Source of the DNA: Sphyrna mokarran
Taxonomy: Eukaryota
Direction of reading: 5' to 3'
Length of the DNA: 64,000 bases
Assembly: GCA_024679065.1 (NCBI GenBank)
Contig: JAGIQG010000003.1
Coordinates: 112,716,001-112,780,000 of the forward strand
A program made the translations under genes and the position numbers. The notes below the pieces were generated by a model, which did not search any database, was not told the DNA's origin, and saw nothing but the letters and a program-made list of their open reading frames with translations. This document shows positions 12,666 to 25,499 of this stretch, one piece after another. Positions within the stretch are counted from its first letter, which is position 1. Each line of letters begins with the position of its first letter.

Positions 12666-15177
12666 AAATTAGTGTCTATGGAAAGCAAAGACTTAATTAA
12701 TATTTTGGGTATAACTCTGGAGTCAGTATTGTAAATATTGACCTTTCTATTCTGACAGAATGTATATTTTCAGAAATTTCCTGTTTTTGGTTCATTTCTC
12801 CAGTGTTTACATATTTTTCTTTTTATTGTACCTTTAGTATATGCATACATCGATCTACAATTTTTAAAATTCAAAACAATAACATTAATTGGTTTTAGTT
12901 TCATTAGTTCCTCTTTGTATGACTTATTAAAGCTTCGCTCAAGAGTGACTCACGTTGTCAGCTTATTATTATCTGCCCATTTACTGAATAAAATAGTCTT
13001 AAAAACAGAAGGCTAAATCTTCTAAACTTGTGCTCAGAATTTCTAAGAAAAATTCAATGAATCACTGAAGAACAATATTTACCATCATTGAAATATTTTT
13101 TGGGGTTGAAAGAATGCAGTAAAAAGTAGCATTACTAAACTGAGAATGAACTGATAATCCCATTGAGAATAGTGTAAATCATTATTCATTTCTTTTACTA
13201 TTCCACGCTCATTCTCAAAATGTGTCATTGATATGAATTAAGCTGTTGGGCGGCTGATTTCATGTTTGTCACAAAGAAGGATCATAGGTCCGAGAAAGAT
13301 TTTTTAAAAAGTGACTAAAGCACAATTGCAATTCGAGTATACTGAACGAGTTCTAGTAAATGACAATAAAATTATGTTACAAGAATTCCCTTTCTTATAA
13401 AATGTCAATAAAACAGCAAACAAAGTTACAATCTCTTTCTGGAATTATCTGGGGAAGGCATCAAGCAGAACTGAAATGTTACATTAGAGGAAATGAAAGT
13501 GGCCAGTGTAATCAGCTCTCGTGCACCTCCCAGTGGCTTGTTGCACAACTGCACAGACAGGAAAAGCTCTTTTAACTACTTTTCGGCTGGGAATGTGGTT
13601 AGGTGCTTTGATTAAAGAGGTGGGAAGGAAGAAGGAAATATTTTAGTGCGAGAAAGATATTGGAGGTTAAAGACAAAAAGTTGTTAAAAGAAAGGGGAAC
13701 CACACAACTCTGCTACACCAAAACAAGGGTATCTAATTTGATTTGGACTGTTCAAATGTGTCTAATTAGCCAATTATGTTATTTTGACACTTAAATATCA
13801 ATTACAAAATAGTATTGCCAGTTGCTATTTGAGAATGCATTGGTTCCCAGAAAAAATTGTATAAATCCATGCCAAAATTAAATATTCAGATATTTTTCTG
13901 TGTCAGCTTGGGCTGTGAGGGGGGACTTAGAGCACAAGGTATAGGGCACATATGACTTGTGGTCGGTATTAGCCCAAGCAGCAGGTGTATCACCTGGGAT
14001 TGATTAGGAGTTTATAGATGAGGGGTTTTAGGCTCACCTGATCCAGGAAGACCTGCGGGGACAGTTAACCTGCTGTGCACTACCATTGAAGTTCACCACA
14101 AAGAAAAAGCAAGCAGACTGCATCAAGTATCAAAAGTAATTTAATTTTATTGCATTTTCAATGCTTGTCCTGCAGGTATCTCATGCTTTTTCTGTTGTGT
14201 CTGTCTGTAGTGTGTCATGAACTTTATATTGGCAGTCCACATGCATTGTGACTAAATATTTCCTCAGGTGGATGAATGAACAGAGGAAATAGGGAGTTGC
14301 AAGGGTGATTAAATCTGAGCACATCTTCTGCTGGAGTTGCTGTGGGCTCACCGCTTCCAGAATCAGCATCAACTCTCACTTATACAGGCTCTGTGATGAC
14401 ACTGAACATCTGCTGATAGCAGTATTATCCCAGCAGCTTTTGCACTGCTCCGTGTATTCCACTGCTAAAGGGCATCTCCTGATGATATCCACTGATCTCT
14501 CTTACAAGTAAGCGCCAGAACAATGTTGTCCCAGTGAACTGACAACAGCAAAAAGTATCCACAGCAATTGCAAAACAACCAATGAGAAATGATCTTCATG
14601 TGCCTGCGTGTCACAAAAGAATCCCATTGGCAGATGCCACTGGTGTTGCAAATGGTAGGACAAATAAATGTTGCACGACATTGCATGTATTAAAGGTGAC
14701 AGTGAATACCTAAGGCTATGAATTTGCTTTCATTAATGTCTAATTTACAGTATATACTGCTGCTTGATTCATATCATCAACTGGAATGTTAACCTAGTAA
14801 GGTATGTATCCCCTACTACTAACCAATTGTCTTAATGTTAATCACTGCCACTACCTTTTCTCCAGAGCTCACTGACTCAACATATGCCTGCTCCTCAGCA
14901 TTGGTGATTTTCTCCAATAATCAGGTTTATTATCCCTGTTCTCTGGCCACCAACTCCATCCCTCAGCTTGGAAATTGTCTGAAGTTACATCAGCTGCTCT
15001 CAGCTTTGCTTTATTACTGATCCCAGATGAGCTTTTGAACACACAACAGCTCCAACATTAAGAAAACTTATTTGCATCTTTAGGGTTATAGGTTGGTAGG
15101 AATCCCACCGAAACTGGCAGCATCCCTGCCGACTTGATCTGGGAACCCCCAAGTTAATCATTAGTGGAGGCTCTGAC

Positions 15178-15420
15178 ATTGTGGCATTATCACAGGATTA
15201 ATAATCCAGAAACCCAGGATAATGTTCTAAGATCTTAGGTTCAAATCTTGCCACGACAAGTGGTGAAATCTGAATTCAGTAAAAACCTGGAATTAAAAGT
15301 CTAATGGTGACTATGAAACTATTTTTGATTGTCCTAAAAACCCAACAGGTTCACTAACGTCCTGAAGGAAGGAAATCTGCCAGTCTTATCTAGTCTGGTC
15401 TTACGTGACTCCAGATCCAT
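15178..15420 (+). mobile_element. tRNA-derived shark SINE
   Basis: gtggcattatcacaggattaataatccaga...ggttcaaatc (B-box)...ggttcactaacgtcctgaaggaaggaaatctgcc...gtgactccaga. Confidence 0.75.
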
Positions 15421-15907
15421 TCTTGGCTCCTTAGGGAATGCCCGCATGGAATGAAAGTCCTTCTCCAGGGAGCGATTGTCCAATCAGAAGCTGGCAAATT
15501 ACATTGCACTGGAAAGTGACAGCAGATGGCAGGGAGGTGGGAGTTCACAGCTAAGGGTAAAGAATGTGGCTTTAAGTGTACCTCCAATCCACTCTTTCTA
15601 ATGTTGAATCCCATGATTAGGTACACACCAACCCCAACACCATCCCCCCCCAATCTCAGTTGACCACAAAGTTACCCAATAAGTCTCCTGCCTATTACTG
15701 GTTTTCAAACAGCCTTTAAGTGGGCATTAACACACACTCTGTACATTCTAGATCCTAACCACTCTCTGTGAAATACTATTTTCTCATGTCACTGTTGGTT
15801 GCAGCCATTCATCTTAAATCAATGTCTCTGGTTCTTGAACCTTCCAATAATGGGTACAATTTATCCCTATCTAGACTGTTAAACCGCCTCAGGATTTTGA
15901 ATTTTAG

Positions 15908-16495
15908 TTGCAGCATTGCCTGATTCCAGCCCACCTCAGTTTAACCGAAAGCCTCACCCATATCTTTGTTAACTTCACACTGACTGTTCCATTGCACTTC
16001 TGGTCAGCCTTCATGTTTTTCCCTCTGTTAACTTATGGCCATTCAAAGCTTCCTGCATGCAAAGTCACACCAAGTTCCATTCACCCATCATCCCTGTCTT
16101 CACTAACCTACAGTAATTCTGGGTAAGCAATACCTCAATCTTAAGATTCACTTCTTTGTTTTTGAATTCTTCCTTGGCCTCAGCCCTCTCTATCTCTATG
16201 ATCTCCTCCAGCTGCATAACTCTCCAAAATATCTATGTTTTATTAATTCTGGCCTCTTGAGCATCCCCAATTGCTTCACCACTGGCAGTCATTCTCTCCA
16301 TTGCTAAGCCTCAATGCTGAGGAGTTCTTTCCCTAAACCCCACTGCCTCTCTTTTATCTTCTGGTATACTTTAAACCTACCTCTTTGACCAAGATTTTAG
16401 TCATTGGCTCTAAATATTTCTTAAGGTTGTTTGTTTTCAAATTTTGCTTTAAGCAAATGGACACTTGAGTATTGTGTTATAATTAAATGCACTTT
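15908..16495 (+). mobile_element. L2 LINE 3' end
   Basis: Typical L2 3' pattern: cacccatcatccctgtc, tctggcctcttgagcatcccc, aaacctacctctttgaccaag. Confidence 0.75.
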
Positions 16496-17195
16496 TTACA
16501 CTCGTGTACAGTTTGTCGGTAACATACTTTGATGCAGCATATCATTCAAACTATAGGATATAGGACAATTATTTTCAAATATTAATCACTGTGTATCCAG
16601 CCAATCTCCACAATTCCAAAACTTGCTTTTTTTTTTAATGTGAAAATTCTAATTAATTCCTTATATGGAATGGAATTGTTTCAAATCATGGCTTTCACAA
16701 GGTAGTGTGCATAGTTATGAGCGCAAGTTTACATTCAACATAAATGCAATGGAGAAGAGACTCCAACAGAATAATCTGAGTCATGGAAATTTATCTCTCC
16801 AATGTATTTTTTCTATCATTGCATGTATATTGTATTTTGCATTTCCCTGTTATTCTCATTTTAACTATCTTAATTGTTGCAAGATTATTAATGTTTCACT
16901 CAAACTTAATTTCTGTTATGAACATTCACACTGGCAGGATTTTCCCATCCCGCTTGAGTGAACAGAGATTTGACTGGAAGTCAAATTCTCCGACCTCACT
17001 GCAGCGGAAGCATATCATAAACAGCCAGTAAGATCACGCTTGACACCTTTTTCTTTTCTTTAATTTATGAGCTAATGCGACAAAAGTCAGATCTGCTGCA
17101 ATGTCTTCCAGATAGTTGATAATGTGTTCACACAACTATTAGAGAGAATACTGAAAACAATGTTTAACATACAAGAGTACAAGAGCTGACCTTTA

Positions 17196-17687
17196 ATGTT
17201 GCAGTTGGATAAAACGCTGGTTAGACCTCATTTGGAATACTGCATCCAGTTCTGGTCGCCTTACTACAGGAAGGACGTGGAGACTCTAGAGAGAGTGCAG
17301 AGGAGGTTTACCAGGATGCTGCCTGGTATGGAAGGTCTGAGTTATGAGAAGAGATTAGGCAAGTTGGGACTGTTTTCCTTAGAAAGACATAGACTTAGAG
17401 GAGATCTAATAGAGGTGAACAAGATTATGAAGGGGATAGATAGAGTAAACAGGGTTAAGCTTTTTCCTAGGATGGACTCAAATAGCACGAGGGGTCACAG
17501 GCTTAGGGTGAGGGGGGTAAGGTATAATTTGGATGTTAGAGGGAGTTTTTTCACACAGAGGGTGATGGGGGTATGGAATGCACTGCCAAGTAAAGTGGTG
17601 GAGGCATGTATTCTGGAGTTATTTAAGAAATACTTAGATGGGCACATGAACAGAATGGGAATGGAGGGGTATAGAAAACCGATTTAA
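17196..17687 (+). mobile_element. Young 5'-truncated CR1 LINE, intact ORF2 C-terminus (element extends to ~18215)
   Basis: Uninterrupted ORF LVRPHLEYCIQFWSPY...LFSLERHRLRGDLIEV...FFTQRVMGVWNALP. Confidence 0.95.
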
Positions 17688-18361
17688 AATAGGGATCATG
17701 AGCCTTGGGAGTCGCTGGGAAGTGTGTAAATAGATGATGATATTGATGGACTTGTTTTTATCCTACAGGTACTTTGGTCCACCTTGTTGTCTAACGAGGG
17801 GCATACACGCGATGGTTCGTGAGACGGCTGCTCTTGGATCTTTTTCGAGAGTATCCTAGTGCTTCACGTCGTTAGTGTACGCTTGACCTGGACCATTTGA
17901 TGGGCAACACGACAGCTCAGTGACTTTCGCTGTGCTGAGCGGATACATAGATTTGGGCCTGTGTCTGTGGGAGTTTGTGCATTCTCCCCGTGCTTGCGTG
18001 GGTTTTCTCCAGGTGCTCCGGTTTCCTCCCACATCCCAAAGATGTGTTCTTAGGCTAATTGGCAAAACAAATTCTCCCTAAGTTGTCTCAAATTTGGTAT
18101 TTAATCCATAGATCTATAAACATGGACAGGGATCACGGGTAGAGGTGGGAACATCGGGGTGGCGGCGCGGGCTCGTTGGGCTGAAAGGCCTGTTTCCCAT
18201 GCTGTTTTGTTCTTTATAAACTTTCCACAAAATTGATTTATGTGTATATATGCATTAATTTTGCACGCCCTGACATTTAAAAAATATAAATAAATAGCTC
18301 TTAAAACAAGAAATTCAGGACTATAAATCATCACAATGTTATCAAATCAGTTTTACTTTAA

Positions 18362-18650
18362 GGTTATTTATAGTCTCAAGTAAGCTTACATTACTACTGC
18401 AATGAAGTTACTGTGAAAATCCTCTAGTTGCCAAACTCCGGTACCTGTTCGGATACACTGAAGGAGAATTTAGCACGGCCAATCCAATTAATCAGTGTGT
18501 CTTTCAGACTGAGAGGAAACCAAAGCATCCAAAGGAAACCCATGCAGACAGGGGGAGACTGTGCAGACTTCGCACAGGCAGTGACCCAAACCAGGAATCG
18601 AACCCAGTTCCCTGGCAACAGTGCTAATCATTGTGCCATGGTGCTGTCCT
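18362..18650 (-). mobile_element. V-SINE with alternative (type B) tail
   Basis: V-domain plus the reverse complement of the ttttcacagtaacttcattgcagt...gtaagc tail. Confidence 0.85.
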
Positions 18651-20371
18651 AGCACCATGAACATCAACCTAACAAAAGATAAGTCAGGTAATACTTTAAC
18701 ACTTTGTGTTCTGTGCACCGCTAGGCATTACACTAACTGGTGCTGTTTATCTTAAAACCCTTTTTATTGTCACATCAAAAAGTTTGTGTATAAATATTTG
18801 CTTTATCTTTCATAGTAAATGGTAAAACAAACTGAATAGCTAATGGACCAGAGAGAAATTATTAATTACAATTATGAATGCCGTCTATAAAAAAGAACAC
18901 CAAACAGTTTGACTGTTTAATCCAATAGATTGTGAAGGAGAGTGAGCAACCTAATAGCAGGGCCAGTGTGGTAGGTACATGTCCCATTCCAAAACCTGTG
19001 AGGTGGAAATAGGGAAATCCAGCACTTAGTAACCAGTTCATAAAATGTAACACTGAATGAAAAATAAGTATCACTGTGTAGCTATAGAGAAACCACTTAG
19101 ATAACTATGCAGGGAAAATTCCTCTGTGTATTAGTTATAGCAAAATTGTGAACAGTATCATTCTAAAGTAATTTACCAGTTCACTATACCAAATATACAA
19201 AAGAACATCTCTGCGATATTATATATGTTTTATTGCATTTTGAAAATTTTCATACATGGCTAAAGCATAATATTGCAACCTACAAATTATGTAAAACCAT
19301 AATTGATTTACAAGTGTAATGTTTTCTAATTATTTTCTTTTTGCTTCTCTTTAAATTTTGTATTTTTATATTTCCTCTCATTTAGATCAAAGCACTGAAA
19401 ACTTATACCTTGAAAATAAGGCATGTCTTCACTTTTTCTGGCAGAGACACATATTCAAGAGTAAAGTTAAATAACTGTGCTTTATAAATAATTATGCATC
19501 TTGGTAATGATATCTGCACAAAGATCTAAAGCAGGATCTTCCAGTCTCCCTGTAGCATGTTTTCCAGTTGTGGAGACATCTTACCATTGATGGCTAATAG
19601 TAGTTTCTGGTCCTGCTGATGGCTAAGCATTTTGCGTAGCTTACCTGTCTTGCAATCAGGGAACCAGCCATGCAGGAGTCTCCTCCAGTGGGACTGAAAG
19701 ATCCCACTGATGAAAACAGCTGAAAAATTCCACCCAACAGCTATGAAGGAGAGAATGGAAGCAGGTGGGCAGGCAATTTTCCAGCTCAGAGTCACTTTAG
19801 AAGTGGATGATTGGTAGACTGAAGGATGGTGATGTCTACCTTGCTAACTGCAAGCATTGATTAGCTAATTAAAGACGTTAATGGACCTATTGAGGGTACA
19901 GTGCAGACCAGGGGGACCGGAGCTTTATCCACCATTTCTGAACACAACAACCACCATCCCACTTCCTGTCTGCCCCAAAACCACAATTGTGAGATAGCCA
20001 TAGCTGCAGCCACAGGCTGCCTCAAGAAGAAGTGCTCTCCACAGAACTGGTCTGGCATCTGTAGCCAGTTTTATCCTCATATTTTAACAAAGTCTTTTGA
20101 CGGTGCTTCTTACCACCTTACCCTCTCCTGTTTGCATTGGCAGCTCTCACTCGTGATGATTAGGCTTACTGATACCTCATTGTTGGAGGGCCTGCGAATG
20201 ATCCTCAGACCTCAGGAACTTGCCCACTGTCCTTAACTGGATAGCAAGTGTACTTTCTGGCCACTAATTGACCATCCTTCAAAAATCATATTGGGAATTT
20301 GATGCCAATGTCTCACGGGTTCAGACCAAAATGTAGCAAATTCAAGAACAAACATTCTGACCTAGGAATCT

Positions 20372-21598
20372 GTGGGTGATTCTCCCATCCCATTGTGCTA
20401 ATTTATTACTGCAGTGGGCTGGGAGATTTCAGCAGGTCTGGGTTAGCCCGATCCACGCTGAGCATCTGGACCTGAGCACCTCCTCCGGTGACAGATTTCT
20501 GGTGCCATCAGTTCTGTGCCGAGCAGATTTGCTTTAGGTATGCAAGGGAAGATTTTAATATAAGTTAAATATGATTAGCGGACCAGGGGTTAAAGCCGCT
20601 GGGCCCGCTAGCCTCTCCCTCAACACTCCTTCTACTCTCCCCATCCCTCCCACCATGACCCCAGCTTGGAGTATTTCACTCCAGCTGAGTTTATAGTAAT
20701 TCCTCACTTTCAGGGAGCTGATGGCCTTATCCCGCTGGAGTGAAGGGGGGGGAGGGAGAAAGGGATGCAATCAGGGCCCTCAGAGGATTGAGCAGCAGGG
20801 GGTGCCACTGGGCATTAGCACCCTGTCAGTGCCAGTCTATGCCCCCAGATCTGACTAAGGGGGAAAATGCCAATGACTAGGGGGCATCTTGGCACTGCCC
20901 ATCAGGTATGGGGCAGTGCCAAGGATGCAGGGCATATGAGGGGGGGCTAGGGAGTGGGTGAGGCCTGATAGGGGCAGAGGCTGAATATATATGAAATCCA
21001 AGGCAACGATATATTGAAAGGAGAGTTTGAAATCCTGGATGTGGATCCCTGGTGAAGATACCTAATAGAAAACATTGGTGGGGCGATCGGTGGCCCCGGC
21101 TGCCAGTCAGCAGATAGCATTGGTGAGGAAGTCAGCGATCAGGGCAGTCGGGGGTAGGGGTGAGAGACTGCAGGTGGGGAGGGTTGGTACTGCAGCGGTG
21201 GTATTTAGGAGGAAGGGGTTTGTGGCTCAGCCTGGATATGGTCTAGGATCCAGTGATTGGGCCATGGGGGAGTCACACAGCCAGCAATGTAGGAAGGGTG
21301 GTCACAGGGCTAGCCAATGATCGAGCTAGCCAGCGATGGGGAGGCTGGTAGGCAAGGGCTGATCCCTGTGCTGCCAGATTGGGGCATGCATCATGATACA
21401 CTCAGAACTTTGCTGCCAGCCTCTCCAGCAGAAAAAGTCCCTACCTACTGGTTTTCAGTGTGATTTATGCTAGTGCACTTTGTAGTGCACGGAATGTGGG
21501 AGATCCATTTTCAAACTCCCACTGAAACAAGCAGCATGATTTATTCCAATTTTCACACAAATTTGACACTTAGAATTTCTTTGGGAGAATCCACTGCC
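20372..21598. mobile_element. Non-autonomous TIR DNA transposon (GC-rich)
   Basis: Ends gggtgattctccca ... tgggagaatccactgccc form inverted repeats. A reverse-oriented relative lies at ~49035-50231. Confidence 0.65.
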
Positions 21599-21768
21599 CC
21601 CCCCCTCATTTTCCCTTGCGTAAATAAACTTGCATTATCTGGGATATGCAACTATTGCTTTGTTTCCATCAATTGATTCATGTGTACTGTTATTTTTAAC
21701 AACATGCCATAATTAAAAGAAGTTAGCCCTGCAACTGCTTACATTGTTGATGTCAGTTACTTAAATGG

Positions 21769-23393
21769 TGTTACGGTCCCAGCTGATATTATTGCTGGAC
21801 AGTCAGATCTCGGAACAGAATCCTGGCTCAATAGATCATAACTTCTATTTTTTGTTTAGAGATCTATATGAACAGACATTTAACAAAATAATAAAACTTT
21901 TCATAGAATCCCTACAGTGCAGAGAGAATTGATTTAGCCCACAGAGTCTGCACCAATTTTCCAAAAGAAAATTTTACCCAGGCTCTATCCCTGCTAATCC
22001 CCATAAAATCTGTAAATTTTAGGACACTATAGAGGAGTTTGGCATGATTAATCCATCTGACCTGCACGACTTTGGACTTTTATTCGACAAGTAAAGATTA
22101 ACAATAATACACTACTCCTTCACTTCCACTAAAACTTCACAGATACACACAGATCTATAAGGATTATTCAAGATACAAGATATCTTAAACTCTAATGCTG
22201 TCAGTAAATGCACAGTCCAGGTAAACCAATAAGTGAAATGTGGCCAGGCATATTACACTCTGAAACAAAATGACAGATGCTACCAATTCAACTTCTGTGG
22301 ATTTCTCATCAAATCCTCCCAGATGTTTGTCACATTGTGAACCAACTGTCTCACTGCAATTTTAACTTACACACACCAGTTTCCAATCACCAGTCTCAAA
22401 GAACACACTTTGAAATCTTCTGCCATACAACATTTTTTATTAGGTGTCTTCACCAGGGATCCATATCCAGGATTTCAAACCCTCCTTTCAGTATATTTCG
22501 GCCTTGGGTTTCACATGTATTCGAGCTTCTTGAAATCTTGCAGGTACTCCGCCATGTCAATAGAACACCACTGTTGCACAGGTTAAATTAAGGTATCACT
22601 GACTTTAAGATTTCTTCAAGTGTCTTGAATATTGCTAACTGACTTCATCAGGTTTACACATTGCAGCTCTATCTTTAATTGAAAGCCTCTCTCTCTACCC
22701 CTTTATTTAACTTTAGTGAACAGTATCTTGTTCAAATTCTAGTTCTTGGTCCCTTGGACTCAGTTTTCCTGGGGCTCCTCTTTCATCCCCTGGTTTCTAG
22801 AACTAGCTGTTCTTTAGCTTCTGGGATTTGGTTTCTATCCCTTATTGCAGGTAGTTTCTCTGAAAGTTATATTCTCAGATACCTGGTTCCAAAGTAAACC
22901 CAAATGCTTCTACTCTTCAGTGTGGGCCTCTGGTTGTTTTACCTGTATAATTGATTTTATATCATAAACCTTTGATTACAAAGCAGGCATGGTTTAAATT
23001 GAGACCAAAACCCAGAGATATGCAGGTACCTTTGTTCAACATGAAGCTAACTGAAGTTTTAGTCTTTTCTTAGTACACGATTCCAGTGCCGGAATTGTCT
23101 GAGTGTTCATGCTGGTGGGATCTCCTGCACCCACCAATAATGTACCACTATCATGGACTTCCCAGAGACATAGGGTGCAATCAATAGGAAATTCCATTGA
23201 CAGCAGTGACCAGAAGATCCTGTTGCTGGAAAATGGAGCACCACTTCCTGTGTGCAAAACACGTTGAGGATTGGCCAAAGAATCCTCCCTCCTCACCAGC
23301 CCCCCCGTGCCAAGAAATACAAATTAGTTTAACTTATACTTTATTCTAATAAACACAAATACTAATTATTTAAGCAAGCTCTCTTTCCTAACA
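21769..23393 (-). repeat. 3' LTR (with a V-SINE at ~21900-22078 and a MITE-like insert at ~23070-23310)
   Basis: Collinear with 26927-27891 (cagctga...acagtcagatc; cacagatctata; ctggtttctagaac; tttgattaca). Confidence 0.85.
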
Positions 23394-24369
23394 CCATTCA
23401 ATGCATAACACCATTGTATCTTTCATTGAAGTAATCGTTCCCCCTTATTTCATAAACTATGCATCATATTGAATCATTACAAAGATTTAACCACAACAAA
23501 GGCAATAAACCTAACAACAATTTTGCAATACAAGTCTTTTTCTTCTTATTCCAAGTTTTTTTTTTAACTCAGAAAAGAATGTTTCACTTAAATTCACTGT
23601 CCACTCATCCTTTTTGTTTACTGTAGGCATAGTTCCATTCTTTGGTGCATTTGTTGAACTCACGTGTGGTAAACCATAATATTAATTTAGGAAAGTCACT
23701 TATTTTCTGGTCAAAGTCTGTTAGCTGTTTCAAGGATGTTGCTATGAAATTTCTTATATTCACTCAAAAGTCTTTTGTATTTCAGCTCAGTTTGAACTTA
23801 TAAATCATTTTTTTGTTTCTCCAAATCCCATCATCTTTTCAAATTCTTTTCAGCATCATCAATTACCTTCTCTCTCTGAAGTTTCATGGTTTTGTCCTAA
23901 CTCTTCAACTCTTTTGCATAATGAATAAATTACATCAGTCCAGTCCTCAACAGGTTTTGAATGATTTTTTGCAAACTGACCATTTGCCTGTATCCAAACA
24001 TCTACATCATGAGTACTTGTCCTGACAAGCATCTTTAAATCAGTGTCCTGGGTCATTGACCTGGAGGGCAGAATTCTCCAGCTACGCTAGTCTAGAAGCT
24101 GGAAATTCCCACCTGATTGTCAGAGGGATTTCACATTGCCCTCAACCCAACCAATAAAATTCCAGTGGCAGGTGGGATGAGAGATTCTGTTTGATATTAT
24201 AATTTCAGACTCTTTCGTTGCCTTTTTGTAACTTCTAATTTTGCAGGTACTTGAGCTGTTTTCCTATTGTCCATTGCTGATGTATCCACCTCAGTAATAT
24301 TACTTCCATCAATTCTTTGTTCAAATTGTTTTTATTCACAGGATCAACTTTAAAACTGCTCAATCCGAA

Positions 24370-24990
24370 CCTCCCTCCCCATCTTCTCTTTCATTTTCTC
24401 CAGTTCAAGGATCTCATTATTCTTTTCATGACAAAGTTCTAACAGTTCACCAAACCTGTTTTTCAATTCTGCATTTAACCAAGTACCAAAACATAAGATG
24501 CTGCAAAATCTCAGCAGGTCTGATAGCATCTGTGGGGAGGGAATAGAGCCAATGTTCTGAGTTTAGATGACACTTTGTTAGAACTGCTGTCAGATCTGCT
24601 GAGATTTTCCAGCATTTCCTTTTCTTGTTTCAGATTCCAGCATCCGCAGTATTTTTCTTTTATTCAATGAAGTATGCTGATTTACCAGCAATTCCTATCC
24701 TGTTCAAGACATTTTGTACAGTACTTCATAGAGACTTATGATACTTTTAACTTCATCAAGTTTTAACTGAAGATCAACCTTGCTAACTTTGCTTTTCCAA
24801 GTTCATCATTTAGACAATTCAAGTGCTCAGTCAAGTATTCCACTTTCCATGATTGCTTCTCAATTATTCTCATCAATTCTCTTTTTCTTCATTAGCAAAC
24901 TCCTCTTTCACACATGAAAATTAATTTTCTATGTTAATCAGATTTTCTTTCAATTGTTTGTTATCAGCAACAAGTGTCTCATTTTGTCTA
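24370..24990 (-). pseudogene. TPR: Captured intronless fragment of nucleoprotein TPR N-terminal coiled coil
   Basis: Frameshift-corrected translation [108 protein letters not shown], against recalled human TPR [110 protein letters not shown]. Confidence 0.85.
24486..24674. mobile_element. Penelope-type palindromic short repeat inserted in the TPR-like segment
   Basis: atgctgcaaaatctcagcaggtctgatagca...tgctgtcagatctgctgagattttccagca inverted arms. aagta is duplicated at 24481-24485 and 24670-24674. Confidence 0.75.
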
Positions 24991-25029
24991 CATTAATTTT
25001 GAAAAATCAGTTAAGATCAACTATCTTTT

Positions 25030-25300
25030 GCAATAGTATTATCGCCACACTACAATCTTCACTAGCCAAATCATTACCCAAGATAACATTTATTCCCCCA
25101 CAGGTGATTTTAAAATAATTCTCATTATAACAATTCCTTCTACAAAGTCACTTCTTAAATTAAGTTGACACATTCAATTAATATTCCTTATTAATATAAA
25201 GCTATTTAGAATATAAGCTGTATTCTCAGGCACAAAAGTTCTTTACCAACATATCTCAGAAAATTGGTTTGTCTACTTATTTTGTTGGAGGAGTAAAGGA
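25030..25300 (-). pseudogene. Decayed retrotransposon aspartic protease
   Basis: LRSDFVEGIV...P/GGINVILGNDLA, the Gmr1-type protease C-terminal motif. Confidence 0.75.
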
Positions 25301-25499
25301 ACACATCTCTCTTCAAAACAAAATCTCCAAGACCTCTAATAACCTGATCTCACTCACCAACATTCGAGGGATTCTCTAAAGTATCATGAACCATATTCCC
25401 CCTTTCTCAGAGATTCTGAGGGAGAATGTTTCACGTGTACCACTGCTATAATTTTAACAGATATTTCCTTTTCAGGTGCTACCTTTCCAGTTACTGCAA

